DNA of 64,000 nt, from the NCBI GenBank assembly GCA_964485855.1, contig CAZAKI010000006.1, positions 3,995-67,994 on the forward strand. Direction: 5' to 3'. A program made the translations under genes and the position numbers. Source of the DNA: an uncultured Syntrophomonadaceae bacterium. GTDB taxonomy: Bacteria; Bacillota; Dethiobacteria; DTU022. Positions 1 to 9,512 of the stretch are shown one piece after another. Below the pieces are notes generated by a model. It had not been told where the DNA came from. It did not search any database and worked only from the letters and a program-made list of their open reading frames with translations. Every line of letters begins with the position of its first letter. Positions within the stretch are counted from its first letter, which is position 1.

Positions 1-204
1 AGCATCATTATCGGTGGGTTGGTTGCTACCGTTTTTCAGTATGGAGCTATCAGGCCTCTTGGCCTCTGGCCGGGAGTTTGGAGCGGTCTCGTTGCGGTTG
101 TGCTTTTTATTGTAGTCAGTCTTTTTACAAAAGCTCCGGAAAAGAAGGCCGAAGAATTTATCGGCTATCTGGCTGCAGAGCTTAATCGGAAAAAAATATT
201 ATAG
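1..204 (+). CDS. C-terminal fragment of a membrane transporter, probably sodium:solute symporter family (5'-truncated by window edge)
   Basis: Frame is open from base 1 (SIIIGGLVATVF...). Two hydrophobic helices end in 'VLFIVVSLFTKAP', typical of SSS-family C-termini. Confidence 0.5.
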   Translation, partial: SIIIGGLVATVFQYGAIRPLGLWPGVWSGLVAVVLFIVVSLFTKAPEKKAEEFIGYLAAELNRKKIL

Positions 205-221
205 GACAAAGGATTTACAAG

Positions 222-1031
222 ATGGAGCAGAACATCATTGCTAAAAAAGAGCGGCGGCTGGAGAAAACACTCGGTTCTTTAAACAAGGTAATGCTTGCCT
301 TTTCCGGGGGAGTAGACAGCACCTACCTTTTATCCAAAACCGTCGATATTTTAGGCGATGCCAACGTAACCACTGTTTTCGCTAAGTTTGAATTTACGAC
401 GGCAGCCACTGTAGCAGACGCCAAAATACTGGCTAAACAGCTTGGGGTGAAGCTGATGATCCTGCCCCTTAGTTTGTTGGGAAGACCGGAAATCGCCTTT
501 AATCCAAGTGAACGCTGTTATTACTGTAAGAAAGCAATATTTGAGGCTTTAAACGACCGGGCTGCAGATCTGGAACTTAAAACTGTTCTTGATGGAACGA
601 ATGCTGATGATTTAGGATTGAATCGGCCGGGTTTAAAGGCCCTGGCGGAGCTTGGTGTTCGTAGTCCTTTGCTTGAAGCCGGTTTAACCAAAGCGGAGAT
701 TAGAATCATGTCCAAACAGGCCAAGTTGCCAACCTGGGACAAACCTGCTGAACCCTGCCTGGCAACTCGCTTCCCCTCTGGTCAAAAGATAACAATTGAT
801 ATGCTTAAAATAATTGAAGAAGGAGAAGCCTACCTGCGAAAAAATATGATTGCGGGAAACTTGCGTTTAAGAGTGCACGACCGGCTGGCCCGGATCGAAG
901 CTGATCCGGATCAGCTGCCGATCCTACTTGAGAAAAGAAAAAAAATTGGTGATTACTTTAGGAAGTTAGGCTTCAAGGCAACCACAATCGACCTTGAGGG
1001 ATACAGGACCGGCAGTATGGATCAATTGTAG
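222..1031 (+). CDS. larE: LarE-family ATP-dependent sulfur transferase (PP-loop)
   Basis: SGGVDS PP-loop, CYYCK, DGTNADD, RPG, WDKPAEPCLATRFP and RLRVH motifs. Confidence 0.88.
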   Translation: MEQNIIAKKERRLEKTLGSLNKVMLAFSGGVDSTYLLSKTVDILGDANVTTVFAKFEFTTAATVADAKILAKQLGVKLMILPLSLLGRPEIAFNPSERCYYCKKAIFEALNDRAADLELKTVLDGTNADDLGLNRPGLKALAELGVRSPLLEAGLTKAEIRIMSKQAKLPTWDKPAEPCLATRFPSGQKITIDMLKIIEEGEAYLRKNMIAGNLRLRVHDRLARIEADPDQLPILLEKRKKIGDYFRKLGFKATTIDLEGYRTGSMDQL

Positions 1032-1048
1032 CCGGTTAAACTTGCCGG

Positions 1049-1360
1049 CTAATCAAGATCCCACCAGCCTTCGTTTTTATCTGTTTCAACTACTCCATCA
1101 ATTTCCATTTTTACAGTGTGTTGAAAACCGCTGCCTGAGGTGGTGCTTTGTTTGCTTGATTTTGTGACTTCTTCCTCTTCTTCCGGTTCTTCTTCCTCCT
1201 CTTCTGTCAGCTCTTCATCTGTCAATGCGGGTTCTTCAGGCGCTTCTGGTTCGTCTGCGGCCGGTTCTTCAGATGTTGTGGGGATTGAACAGCCTAAAAA
1301 AGCGAGACAGAAACAAACAATTGCGGCTGAAAGCAGAGATTTGATTAATTTATTCATCAC
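1049..1360 (-). CDS. Small acidic lipoprotein, hypothetical
   Basis: Basic N-terminus, hydrophobic core and lipobox FLGC; Glu/Pro-rich low-complexity body; GGAGG-like RBS upstream on the minus strand. Confidence 0.7.
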   Translation of the reverse strand: MMNKLIKSLLSAAIVCFCLAFLGCSIPTTSEEPAADEPEAPEEPALTDEELTEEEEEEPEEEEEVTKSSKQSTTSGSGFQHTVKMEIDGVVETDKNEGWWDLD

Positions 1361-1526
1361 TCATACCTCCTGCGGTACTTTCCGAAAACTCTCAATAATA
1401 ATTATAGCATATCACATGGTGTAATGACTCTCTGAATCTCCCTCGATTTTTTCCTGGTCTTAGAAAAAAATTAGAAAAAAATTTTGCTGAAACGTGATTT
1501 TTAGCTGGTTGCAGGGAATATATTTA

Positions 1527-1535
1527 TGATATAAT
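1527..1535 (+). promoter_or_regulatory. Candidate extended -10 promoter (TGaTATAAT) for the corrinoid/methyltransferase operon
   Basis: TGATATAAT in an AT-rich intergenic region about 210 nt upstream of the corrinoid gene; no good -35. Confidence 0.4.
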
Positions 1536-1746
1536 AGTTAAAATTAATTTATGTAATTAATGGTTTAAATTGTAAAAAGCTTTTCCTGTCTTGGTGCTGA
1601 GGTAAACCTATCTAGCTGTTCTGGTTGTTCTGAAGAATGATTGCAACTTTTATCAGAGGCAGGGTTTATGTCGGAATGTCATCAATTCCCTTAAAAAATG
1701 ATTAAATAATGGTCTAATTATTCTATCGAACGTGGAGGATAGTGTT

Positions 1747-2394
1747 TTGAAAGAACTATTGCAAAATCTTGCTGCATCAATCCTCAGTGGGAACCGAAAT
1801 TCAGCTTTAGAATGGGCTGAACGGGGGCTGCAATCCGGTGTCAATCCCCTGGATCTAATTAGTAACGGCTTAACTGTCGGCTTAAATGAAGTCGGTGATA
1901 AGTTTGAATGCGGTGAATATTATCTACCGGATATGATGTTGGCTGCCGAAGCAATGAATGCGGTTTTGGAGATGCTTGCTCCGCACCTGGAAAAAGAGCG
2001 AACCGCTTCTGAACAGGTGGTTAAAGTGGTGATCGGCACGGTAAAAGGTGATCTGCATTCAATCGGCAAAGACATTGTGATCATGATGCTGAAAGCAGCG
2101 GGCATGGAAATCATCGATTTGGGGGTTGATGTCTCCGCTGCTGACTTTGTAAACTCGGTAGTGGAAAAAGAGGCAGCAGTGCTCGGCATATCTGCCCTGA
2201 TGACAACGACTATTCAGGAACAGAAAAAGATTATCGATCTTCTGTCTGAAAAAAACATACGTAACAAGGTAAAGGTAATTGTTGGCGGAGCGCCGCTTTC
2301 CGAGGAGTGGGCCATTAAGATTGGGGCCGATGCTTATGCGGCGGATGCCATAGCGGGAGTAAAAAAAATAAAAGCGCTGTTAAACCTGGCCTAA
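1747..2394 (+). CDS. Methyltransferase cognate corrinoid protein (MttC/MtbC family)
   Basis: B12-binding DLHSIG motif, N-terminal cap 'GDKFECGEYYLPDMMLAAEAM', SALMTTT, VGGAP. Likely start is TTG 1747 after GGAGG (ORF track start 1732). Confidence 0.93.
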   Translation: MKELLQNLAASILSGNRNSALEWAERGLQSGVNPLDLISNGLTVGLNEVGDKFECGEYYLPDMMLAAEAMNAVLEMLAPHLEKERTASEQVVKVVIGTVKGDLHSIGKDIVIMMLKAAGMEIIDLGVDVSAADFVNSVVEKEAAVLGISALMTTTIQEQKKIIDLLSEKNIRNKVKVIVGGAPLSEEWAIKIGADAYAADAIAGVKKIKALLNLA

Positions 2395-2411
2395 GGAAGG
2401 GGTAGAAACTG

Positions 2412-3845
2412 TTGCGCTTTGAACCTTTGTCAGCAAAAGACCTGCAGCTAATCCATGATATGACCCTGAAAGTCTTAAAGGAAACCGGAACATTGGTTGA
2501 GGGTGAAGAGGCCAGAAATATCCTGCTTTCAGCCGGTTGCCAAGAAAAAAGCAAGCGGATTCTTTTCCCACCACAGCTGGTTGAGGATTGTCTTGCTTGT
2601 CGAGTCCCGGTGATTCTTTACGGGGTCGATGAAACCATTGTGATGCCGCTTACTGAAGCAACCCGATCCTATACCCATAATTTTGGCTCAGTTTCTGTTT
2701 TACTGGATCCTCAGGATAACCGGATCCGTGAAGCATTGCTCCAGGATCTAATCGATTTTATTAAGATTAGCGATTCCCTGACCTATCCGGACATGGTTGT
2801 GCCGAGTTTAAGGCCAACCGACCTGCCGGAAGAGATTGCCTCTTTGGCCATGACGGCATATGCTCTGCAGTATACCAGGAAACCGGTTGATATCGGCACA
2901 GCCTCTGACCGGTGGGAGATCGGCTATCTAATTCGGATTGCTGCAGCAGTCAGAGGGGGAATCCAGAATTTAGTGGAGAAGCCGATGGGAACCCTGTCCA
3001 TATCACCACTCAGTCCACTAAACTTCCCGGCTGATATATCGGAGGCTATAGTTGAAGGCGCTCGCTCCGGTTTGCCGGTAACCATGCTACCCTGCCCGAC
3101 CCGCGGTTTAACTGCCCCGATTACCCTAGCCGGAGGCCTGGTGCTGCAGAATGCTGAGCAACTGGCCTTTCTGACCCTGGCTCGCCTGGTCAACCGCACC
3201 ACCCCGCTGGTTTATACCTGTCGCCTGGCCGGTGCCAATATGCGCACCGGTTGTGTGAGCGGCCGGGATCCCGATATCGGTTTTTCCGGGGCCTGCGCCG
3301 CCCAACTGGCTCGTTCTTACGGGCTACCGTCGGGAGTATATGGCCTCGATACCGGCTCAGCCCAACCGGATCTGCAGTCGGGTTACGAACGGGCTATTAA
3401 TGGTCTTTTCCCGGTGTTAGCGGGCGCTACTTTTGTTTCCGGTATGGGTGCCCTGAATGCCGGTTTACTGGCTAGTGCCGAACAGTTGATAATTGACGAT
3501 GAGATCTACGCCATGATCAAACACCGTCAAAATGGGCTTGAGGTAAGCGCCGAGGCTATCGGGGCCGAGGTAATAGACGCAGTTATGTCCGGTGGGCATT
3601 TCCTGGCCCAGGAACACACCCGGGATTACATGCGCCGGGGTGAAATCTATGCCGGACAGCTTGGTAATGAAGCACCTTTCGAGGAATGGCGGGCATCCGG
3701 ATCAATAACGGTCCGGGAGCAGGCTGGTGAGAAGATCAAGCAGCTGCTTGCCGGGCATCCAGGTGTGCTGGTCGAAGAATCAGTATGCCTTGAAATAGAA
3801 GCAATTCTAGAAGAAGCCAGATCTGAAAAAGAGATTCAGGCCTAA
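2412..3845 (+). CDS. Trimethylamine-methyltransferase (MttB) superfamily protein, non-pyrrolysine
   Basis: 477 aa; SPL, AP.TLAG.LV..NAE, PD.QSGYE and EQLIIDDEI motifs; no in-frame TAG. Confidence 0.9.
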   Translation: MRFEPLSAKDLQLIHDMTLKVLKETGTLVEGEEARNILLSAGCQEKSKRILFPPQLVEDCLACRVPVILYGVDETIVMPLTEATRSYTHNFGSVSVLLDPQDNRIREALLQDLIDFIKISDSLTYPDMVVPSLRPTDLPEEIASLAMTAYALQYTRKPVDIGTASDRWEIGYLIRIAAAVRGGIQNLVEKPMGTLSISPLSPLNFPADISEAIVEGARSGLPVTMLPCPTRGLTAPITLAGGLVLQNAEQLAFLTLARLVNRTTPLVYTCRLAGANMRTGCVSGRDPDIGFSGACAAQLARSYGLPSGVYGLDTGSAQPDLQSGYERAINGLFPVLAGATFVSGMGALNAGLLASAEQLIIDDEIYAMIKHRQNGLEVSAEAIGAEVIDAVMSGGHFLAQEHTRDYMRRGEIYAGQLGNEAPFEEWRASGSITVREQAGEKIKQLLAGHPGVLVEESVCLEIEAILEEARSEKEIQA

Positions 3846-3922
3846 ACCGGGGAGGCGATAGCGCGAATAAGGGTTTGTCGAAAGGCAGTACAATTATACT
3901 TTGAGGAGGTCTTTAAAGCATA

Positions 3923-5551
3923 ATGAAACAATTCAAGTGGCTTCCATTGTTGTTAGTTGTTCTGTTGTTCTGCAGTGTAGCTCTTACCGGCTGTGCGGGA
4001 GGGACCCAGGAATCCCAACATGTTTTTAGAAGCGGATACATGCGTGAAATTGAAAGCCTGAACCCGATGGTTATCTGGTCAGTGCAGGCATATGAAGTGA
4101 TGTATCTGACCTACAACTTCCTGATTAGCTGGGATGAAGATTTGAATGTCATTCCCGAACTGGCCAGGGAGTGGGAAGTCGATGAGGATGGCACACTCTG
4201 GACTTTCTACCTGCAGGAAGGGGTTAAATGGCATGATGGGGAACCTTTTACTGCGGATGATGTTAAATTCACATATGAATATATACGCGATAATGAGCTC
4301 GGTTACTTCTATGATTATGTCGCGGCCATGGAAGAAATCGAGGTGCTTGATGACTACACCCTGACCGTTAAAACGGATGAGCCGATCGCCTGGATGCCCC
4401 AGGTCCTGGTACCGATTTTACCGGCTCATATCTGGTCGGAGATTGATCCCGAAGAGGCTGAGGGTGATTTTGCCAACGATAACCCGGTTGGCACCGGACC
4501 GTTTAAAGTGGTCGAACACCGCAAGGGCGAATATACGAGGATGGTTGCCAACGATGATTATTTCAAGGGTCGCCCGGCCCTTGATGAAGTGATCTTTATG
4601 ATCTATGCCAATACCGACGTAATGGTTGAAGCACTAAAGCAGGGGGAACTTGAAATTATTTCCGATGTACCCGGCGCCCAGTTTAAAGCGCTAGAGGATG
4701 CAGCTGATCCTAATATCCTGGCTCTTAATGCTGATTCTCCCTCTTTTACTGAGTTGGCTTTCAATGTCTGGGATGATCCTGGTTCGCTTGGGAATCCTCA
4801 CCTGCTTGATAAAAATGTGCGGGTGGCAATTGAGTATGCTCTCGATCGCCAGGAGCTGATCGATGTAGCCCTGATGGGTTACGGTGAAGTGGCATCAACC
4901 CTGGTACCGCCGCTATTTGAATACTGGCACCTGGATCTGGGTCCTGATTTCCGTAGCTATGATCCTGATCAGGCGGAGGCTATACTTGAGGAGGCCGGTT
5001 ACAGTCGCGGAGGTCATGGGCTTCGAGTTGGTCCTGACGGTGAGCTGATGTCTTATACCCTGTTGATCCGCTCTGAATCGCCTGATAACCAGAAGATGGC
5101 TACCATGATCAAGGATATGCTGTCAGCAGTCGGCATCGGGATAGAGGTTAGCGTGATCGATGAGGGAACCCTGACTGACCGCATTTATGAAGGCGACTTC
5201 GATATGTTTATCTGGGGTTGGTATGTCGATATTGATCCGACATCAATCCTGAAGGTTGCCACAACTGATGAAATCATGTCCTGGAGTGACTGCTTCTATT
5301 CGAACCCTGAATATGATGCCCTGCACCAGTTACAGCAGCGGACGATGGATCGGGAGGAGCGGCGGGACTTGATTTACGAGATGCAGCGGATTTTTTATGA
5401 TGATGCCGCCTACATCATGTTGTCATATGACCCCGAACTGCAGGCTTATCGCACCGATCGCTATACCGGCTGGGTACGTAACCCGCGGACTGGCCCGGTT
5501 ATGTATACCAACGTGATTGACAGCTATGAACAGCTGAAACCCATCGAATAA
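3923..5551 (+). CDS. ABC transporter substrate-binding lipoprotein, family 5 (OppA/DppA-like)
   Basis: Lipobox LTGC; WTFYLQEGVKWHDGEPFTADDVKFT signature; PVGTGPFK. Confidence 0.95.
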   Translation: MKQFKWLPLLLVVLLFCSVALTGCAGGTQESQHVFRSGYMREIESLNPMVIWSVQAYEVMYLTYNFLISWDEDLNVIPELAREWEVDEDGTLWTFYLQEGVKWHDGEPFTADDVKFTYEYIRDNELGYFYDYVAAMEEIEVLDDYTLTVKTDEPIAWMPQVLVPILPAHIWSEIDPEEAEGDFANDNPVGTGPFKVVEHRKGEYTRMVANDDYFKGRPALDEVIFMIYANTDVMVEALKQGELEIISDVPGAQFKALEDAADPNILALNADSPSFTELAFNVWDDPGSLGNPHLLDKNVRVAIEYALDRQELIDVALMGYGEVASTLVPPLFEYWHLDLGPDFRSYDPDQAEAILEEAGYSRGGHGLRVGPDGELMSYTLLIRSESPDNQKMATMIKDMLSAVGIGIEVSVIDEGTLTDRIYEGDFDMFIWGWYVDIDPTSILKVATTDEIMSWSDCFYSNPEYDALHQLQQRTMDREERRDLIYEMQRIFYDDAAYIMLSYDPELQAYRTDRYTGWVRNPRTGPVMYTNVIDSYEQLKPIE

Positions 5552-5586
5552 AGTGGGTTACTAGTTTTAAGTTTTAATGTCAGGAG

Positions 5587-5613
5587 GGGCCGGAGTACCT
5601 TTCCGGCCCTTTT
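5587..5613 (+). terminator. Stem-loop with T-tract between SBP and permease genes (partial terminator or mRNA stabiliser)
   Basis: GGGCCGGA-7nt-TCCGGCCC followed by TTTT. Confidence 0.7.
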
Positions 5614-5644
5614 CAAGGTGCGCCCGGCATGGGAGGAATGTCTG

Positions 5645-6616
5645 ATGAATATGCGCAATTACTTGGTTACAAAATTTATTCAGGCCTTAATCACCGTTTT
5701 TATCGTCATCGGGATGAACTTTTTCCTGTTCCGGATTATGCCAGGCGATCCGATCAGGGTTTTAATCCGCAATCCGAAAATCTCGGCCGACTCCCTGGCC
5801 CGGGTGCGCGAGCAATTCGGTTTGAACGAAGGCCGCCTCGTCCAGTTTTGGATCTATCTGCGTGATCTTTTTACCGGTGATTTTGGCTCTTCTTTTAATT
5901 ATCGGCAGCCGGTGCTCGATATAATCATGGAGCGTGTGCCGGCGACGGTACTGCTGGTTGGCACGGCGACTGTGCTTTCAATTATCATCGGGGTCCTGCT
6001 TGGGGTGATCCTCGCCTGGAAAAGAGGTACCCGCCTTGACGTCATCGGGCTCAGTGTTTCGTTAATTCTTTACTCGATGCCTACTTTTTGGGTGGCGATC
6101 ATCATGGTGATGATTTTTGCGGTCTACTGGCAGATATTTCCTCTAGGCGGGATGGGGCTGCCCGGAGTCTTTTATACTTCCTATTGGGCTGAACTGGCCT
6201 CCAAGGGACGGTATCTTTTTTTGCCGACGATCACCTTTGCCCTCATCCTGGTAGGGGAGTACGTGCTGATCATGCGCAGTTCTCTACTTGAAGTGATGCG
6301 CGAGGATTACATGCTTACAGCGCGGGCCAAGGGGGTCAGTAACCGTAACCTGTTACGACGGCATGCCCTGCCCAACGCTATGTTGCCTGTGGTGACATTG
6401 ATTGCCATCAACTTGGGTTTTATCGTTGGCGGTGCTATTCAGATTGAGACTGTTTTTTCCTGGCCCGGTCTGGGCCGGCTCATGTACACGGCACTGACCA
6501 ATCGTGATTATCCTGTTCTGCAGGGACTTTTCCTCTTTGTCACCATCGCTGTGGTTGGCGCCAACTTCTGCGCCGATATTCTCTACCGCTATCTCGATCC
6601 GCGGGTTAAATCATAA
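5645..6616 (+). CDS. Peptide/nickel ABC transporter permease (OppB/DppB-like)
   Basis: MPGDP, GDFGSSF, EDYMLTARAKG (EAA loop), ETVFSWPGLG, RDYPVLQG. Start ATG 5645 follows GGAGG. Confidence 0.95.
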   Translation: MNMRNYLVTKFIQALITVFIVIGMNFFLFRIMPGDPIRVLIRNPKISADSLARVREQFGLNEGRLVQFWIYLRDLFTGDFGSSFNYRQPVLDIIMERVPATVLLVGTATVLSIIIGVLLGVILAWKRGTRLDVIGLSVSLILYSMPTFWVAIIMVMIFAVYWQIFPLGGMGLPGVFYTSYWAELASKGRYLFLPTITFALILVGEYVLIMRSSLLEVMREDYMLTARAKGVSNRNLLRRHALPNAMLPVVTLIAINLGFIVGGAIQIETVFSWPGLGRLMYTALTNRDYPVLQGLFLFVTIAVVGANFCADILYRYLDPRVKS

Positions 6617-6622
6617 GGGGGC

Positions 6623-7525
6623 ATGCCAATGATCACCAGCGAACAGAAAAAAGATCTTTTCGCCCTCTGGAAAAAGAACCTTGTATCCTTCTGGGGGATC
6701 TACAGCCAGAATAAAATGGGTTTAATTGGACTTGTAATTTTAATAATCTTTACTTTGATGGCGCTTTTTGGTCCGCTGCTGGTGGAAATTACGACCATGG
6801 CTGTAGACGACGTAACCCAGGTGCTTCATCCGCCAACCGGCAATTTCTGGCTTGGCACCGACGATCTCGGCAAGGATATCTTCGCTGGTGTGATCATCGG
6901 CTCCAGAGTTTCCCTGCTGGTCGGGGTTGCTGCCACTGCGATTTCAATGATTATCGGCACCGTGATCGGTATTGTTTCCGGTTTCTACGGCAAGACGATC
7001 GATGCCCTGCTGATGCGGATCACTGATGTCTTCCTGGTTATCCCCTGGCTGCCTCTGATGCTGGTTATGGCTGCTCTGCTCGGCCCCAGCCTGGCTAATA
7101 TTATTTTTGTGATCGGCATTACCAGCTGGGCGGGCACAGCCAGGATTATTCGCTCACAAACTTTAAGTATCAAGGAAAGGCCTTACGTGGAAAGAGCCCG
7201 GGCGATTGGCAGTGGCGACACGCATATCATGTTCTATCACATTTTACCCAACGTATTTCCGCTGATCTTTGCCAATACCGTGCTGGTAGCGGCGATCGCG
7301 ATTCTCTCGGAGACGACACTGAGTTTTCTCGGGATGGGCGATCCGACGCGGGTTACCTGGGGGATGATGTTGCATTTCGCCTTTTCGATGGGGGCTGTAT
7401 CCTTCGGTGCCTGGTGGTGGCTGCTACCGCCTGGTATCTGCGTAGTACTGGTTGTTTTAAGTTTTACCTTCATCGGCTATGCCCTGGACGAAGTGCTCAA
7501 TCCGAAGCTGAGGAGGCGCGATTAG
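6623..7525 (+). CDS. Peptide/nickel ABC transporter permease (OppC/DppC-like)
   Basis: WLGTDDLGKD, RVSLLVG, YVERARAIG, HILPN, LSFLGMG, TWGMML. Confidence 0.95.
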   Translation: MPMITSEQKKDLFALWKKNLVSFWGIYSQNKMGLIGLVILIIFTLMALFGPLLVEITTMAVDDVTQVLHPPTGNFWLGTDDLGKDIFAGVIIGSRVSLLVGVAATAISMIIGTVIGIVSGFYGKTIDALLMRITDVFLVIPWLPLMLVMAALLGPSLANIIFVIGITSWAGTARIIRSQTLSIKERPYVERARAIGSGDTHIMFYHILPNVFPLIFANTVLVAAIAILSETTLSFLGMGDPTRVTWGMMLHFAFSMGAVSFGAWWWLLPPGICVVLVVLSFTFIGYALDEVLNPKLRRRD

Positions 7526-7527
7526 CG

Positions 7528-8493
7528 ATGCTGCTGGAAGTAGAAAACATGACCACTTATTACAAGCTCAAGGATGGTTTCGTACGCGCCTGTGAAAATA
7601 TCAGCTTATCTCTTGAGCAGGGCGAAGCGTTGGGTTTGGTCGGTGAATCAGCCTCGGGAAAAACTACGGCCGCCCTTTCACTGATAAAACTTTTACCCGA
7701 AAATGCAAAAGTGATGTCCGGTAAAATCAGTATTGCGGGGCGTGATATTTCCCAGGCAATGGAGGCTGAGCTTCGCCGCATTCGCTGGAAAGAGATTGCG
7801 ATCATCTTCCAGGGAGCGATGAACGCTTTGAATCCAGTGCGACGGGTCGGTGACCAGATTGTCGAGGTCCTGCGTATTCACGAGAAGATGACTGACAAAG
7901 CGGCTTTGCTCCGGACAATTGATCTATTTGAACAGGTAGAGATTGATCCATCACGGGTTAGGGATTATCCCCATGAATTCAGTGGAGGAATGCGCCAGCG
8001 CGTAATGATCGCCATGGCTATCGCCTGTAATCCGAAAGTAGTGATTGGTGATGAACCGACTACTGCGCTCGATGTGATGGTTCAAGCCCAGGTTTTACAG
8101 CTCCTTGAAAAGCTGCGCAGCAAACGCCGGATGGGGATGATTCTAATCACCCACGATCTTTCTGTCGTTGGTGAAACTTGCGACCGGGTGGCGGTTATGT
8201 ATGCTGGACAGATTGTCGAAAGCGGCCCCACTGAAAGAGTTTTTGAAAATCCGGCTCACCCCTATACCCGAGCTCTAATTGCCGCCTTTCCCAATATTGA
8301 GGGTGAGCGTTACCTGGCCCAGTCGATTCCAGGGAATCCCCCCAATCTGCTTAATCCCCCATCGGGTTGCCGTTTTCATGAACGATGCTCGGAATCCATG
8401 AAACTTTGCAGTTGTCAGGAACCCTTACCGGTCAAACTTGATTCAGGCCATTTTGCTTCCTGTCACCTCCTGGGAAGGAGGGTGTTATCGTGA
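7528..8493 (+). CDS. Oligopeptide ABC ATP-binding protein (OppD-like)
   Basis: Walker [35 protein letters not shown]-terminal GCRFHERC. Start ATG 7528 after GGAGG (ORF track's 7414 overlaps oppC). Confidence 0.95.
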   Translation: MLLEVENMTTYYKLKDGFVRACENISLSLEQGEALGLVGESASGKTTAALSLIKLLPENAKVMSGKISIAGRDISQAMEAELRRIRWKEIAIIFQGAMNALNPVRRVGDQIVEVLRIHEKMTDKAALLRTIDLFEQVEIDPSRVRDYPHEFSGGMRQRVMIAMAIACNPKVVIGDEPTTALDVMVQAQVLQLLEKLRSKRRMGMILITHDLSVVGETCDRVAVMYAGQIVESGPTERVFENPAHPYTRALIAAFPNIEGERYLAQSIPGNPPNLLNPPSGCRFHERCSESMKLCSCQEPLPVKLDSGHFASCHLLGRRVLS

Positions 8494-9500
8494 GCAACCG
8501 GGATCAAGTTATCTCTAAGAACGAGCTGCTTAGGGTTGAGGGATTGGAGGTTCACTTTGCTGCCCGTACCGGTTTTCTTGCTGCCCTGCTCAGCAGGGAA
8601 AAAGCATTGGTCAGGGCGGTTGACGGAGTTGATTTTTCACTGGGTAAAGGCGAAATACTTTGCCTGGCCGGTGAATCAGGCAGCGGCAAAACTACTACTG
8701 GTAAAGCTGTCCTGCGCCTGATCGAACCGACAGGAGGGAAAATATGGTTTAAGGGCGAAGATTTGCTCAGTTTGACCAGGCAGAAGCTGCGTCTTTTCCG
8801 CCAGGATGCACAGATCATATTTCAAGATCCTTATGAGTCGCTAAATCCGCGGCAGACTGTTTTTGCCACTGTTGCCGAGCCGCTGGAAGTAAACCGGATT
8901 TGCAACAGTAACGCCGAGAAAGAAGAAAGGGTTATCGAGGCTCTCTGCGATGCGGGCTTGAACAACCCACGGGAGCTTTTCTTGCGTTACCCTCATGAAT
9001 TAAGTGGCGGGCAGCGCCAACGCCTGGCCATTGCCGGTGCTCTGGTCCTCAAGCCTGATTTTATTATGGCTGATGAACCGGTATCGATGCTGGATTTGTC
9101 AATCCGGGCAGGCATCCTGAAACTGATGGTTGATTTGCGTGATCTGAAAGGGATTAGCTATCTCTTTATCACCCACGATTTATCCCTGGCTTGGCTGGTT
9201 TCAGACCGGATAGCCGTTATGTATTTGGGAAAAATTGTGGAGCTCGGTTCCGCGGATGCAGTGATCCGTCAACCGCTTCATCCCTATACCCGGGCTCTTG
9301 TTTCAGTAATCCCGGTGCCGAAAAGTATTTCACGAAGGGATAAGAAGTTGCTCAAGGGAGAAACTCCGGATCCGGTAAATATCCCTGTCGGGTGTCGCTT
9401 CCATCCCCGGTGTCCGCAGGTAAAGCCGCGATGCCGTGAAGAAGAACCCTGCTTCAGGGAAATATTGCCCGGCCATTTTGGTGCCTGCCATTACCTTTAA
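8490..9500 (+). CDS. Oligopeptide ABC ATP-binding protein (OppF-like)
   Basis: GESGSGKTT, YPHELSGGQRQR, DEPVSMLD, GCRFHPRC. Confidence 0.95.
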   Translation: MSNRDQVISKNELLRVEGLEVHFAARTGFLAALLSREKALVRAVDGVDFSLGKGEILCLAGESGSGKTTTGKAVLRLIEPTGGKIWFKGEDLLSLTRQKLRLFRQDAQIIFQDPYESLNPRQTVFATVAEPLEVNRICNSNAEKEERVIEALCDAGLNNPRELFLRYPHELSGGQRQRLAIAGALVLKPDFIMADEPVSMLDLSIRAGILKLMVDLRDLKGISYLFITHDLSLAWLVSDRIAVMYLGKIVELGSADAVIRQPLHPYTRALVSVIPVPKSISRRDKKLLKGETPDPVNIPVGCRFHPRCPQVKPRCREEEPCFREILPGHFGACHYL

Positions 9501-9512
9501 GAAAGAGCATAA

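Noticed and set aside
1424-1746. Cobalamin or other riboswitch upstream of the corrinoid gene
   Set aside because: I could not recognise B12-box or other conserved aptamer motifs; an Infernal/Rfam scan would be needed to exclude one fully.
2412-3845. Pyrrolysine-containing trimethylamine methyltransferase
   Set aside because: The ORF is uninterrupted with no in-frame TAG; the equivalent codon is GAT (Asp).
7414-7527. N-terminal extension of the OppD-like ATPase
   Set aside because: It overlaps the oppC 3' end; a GGAGG RBS supports ATG 7528.
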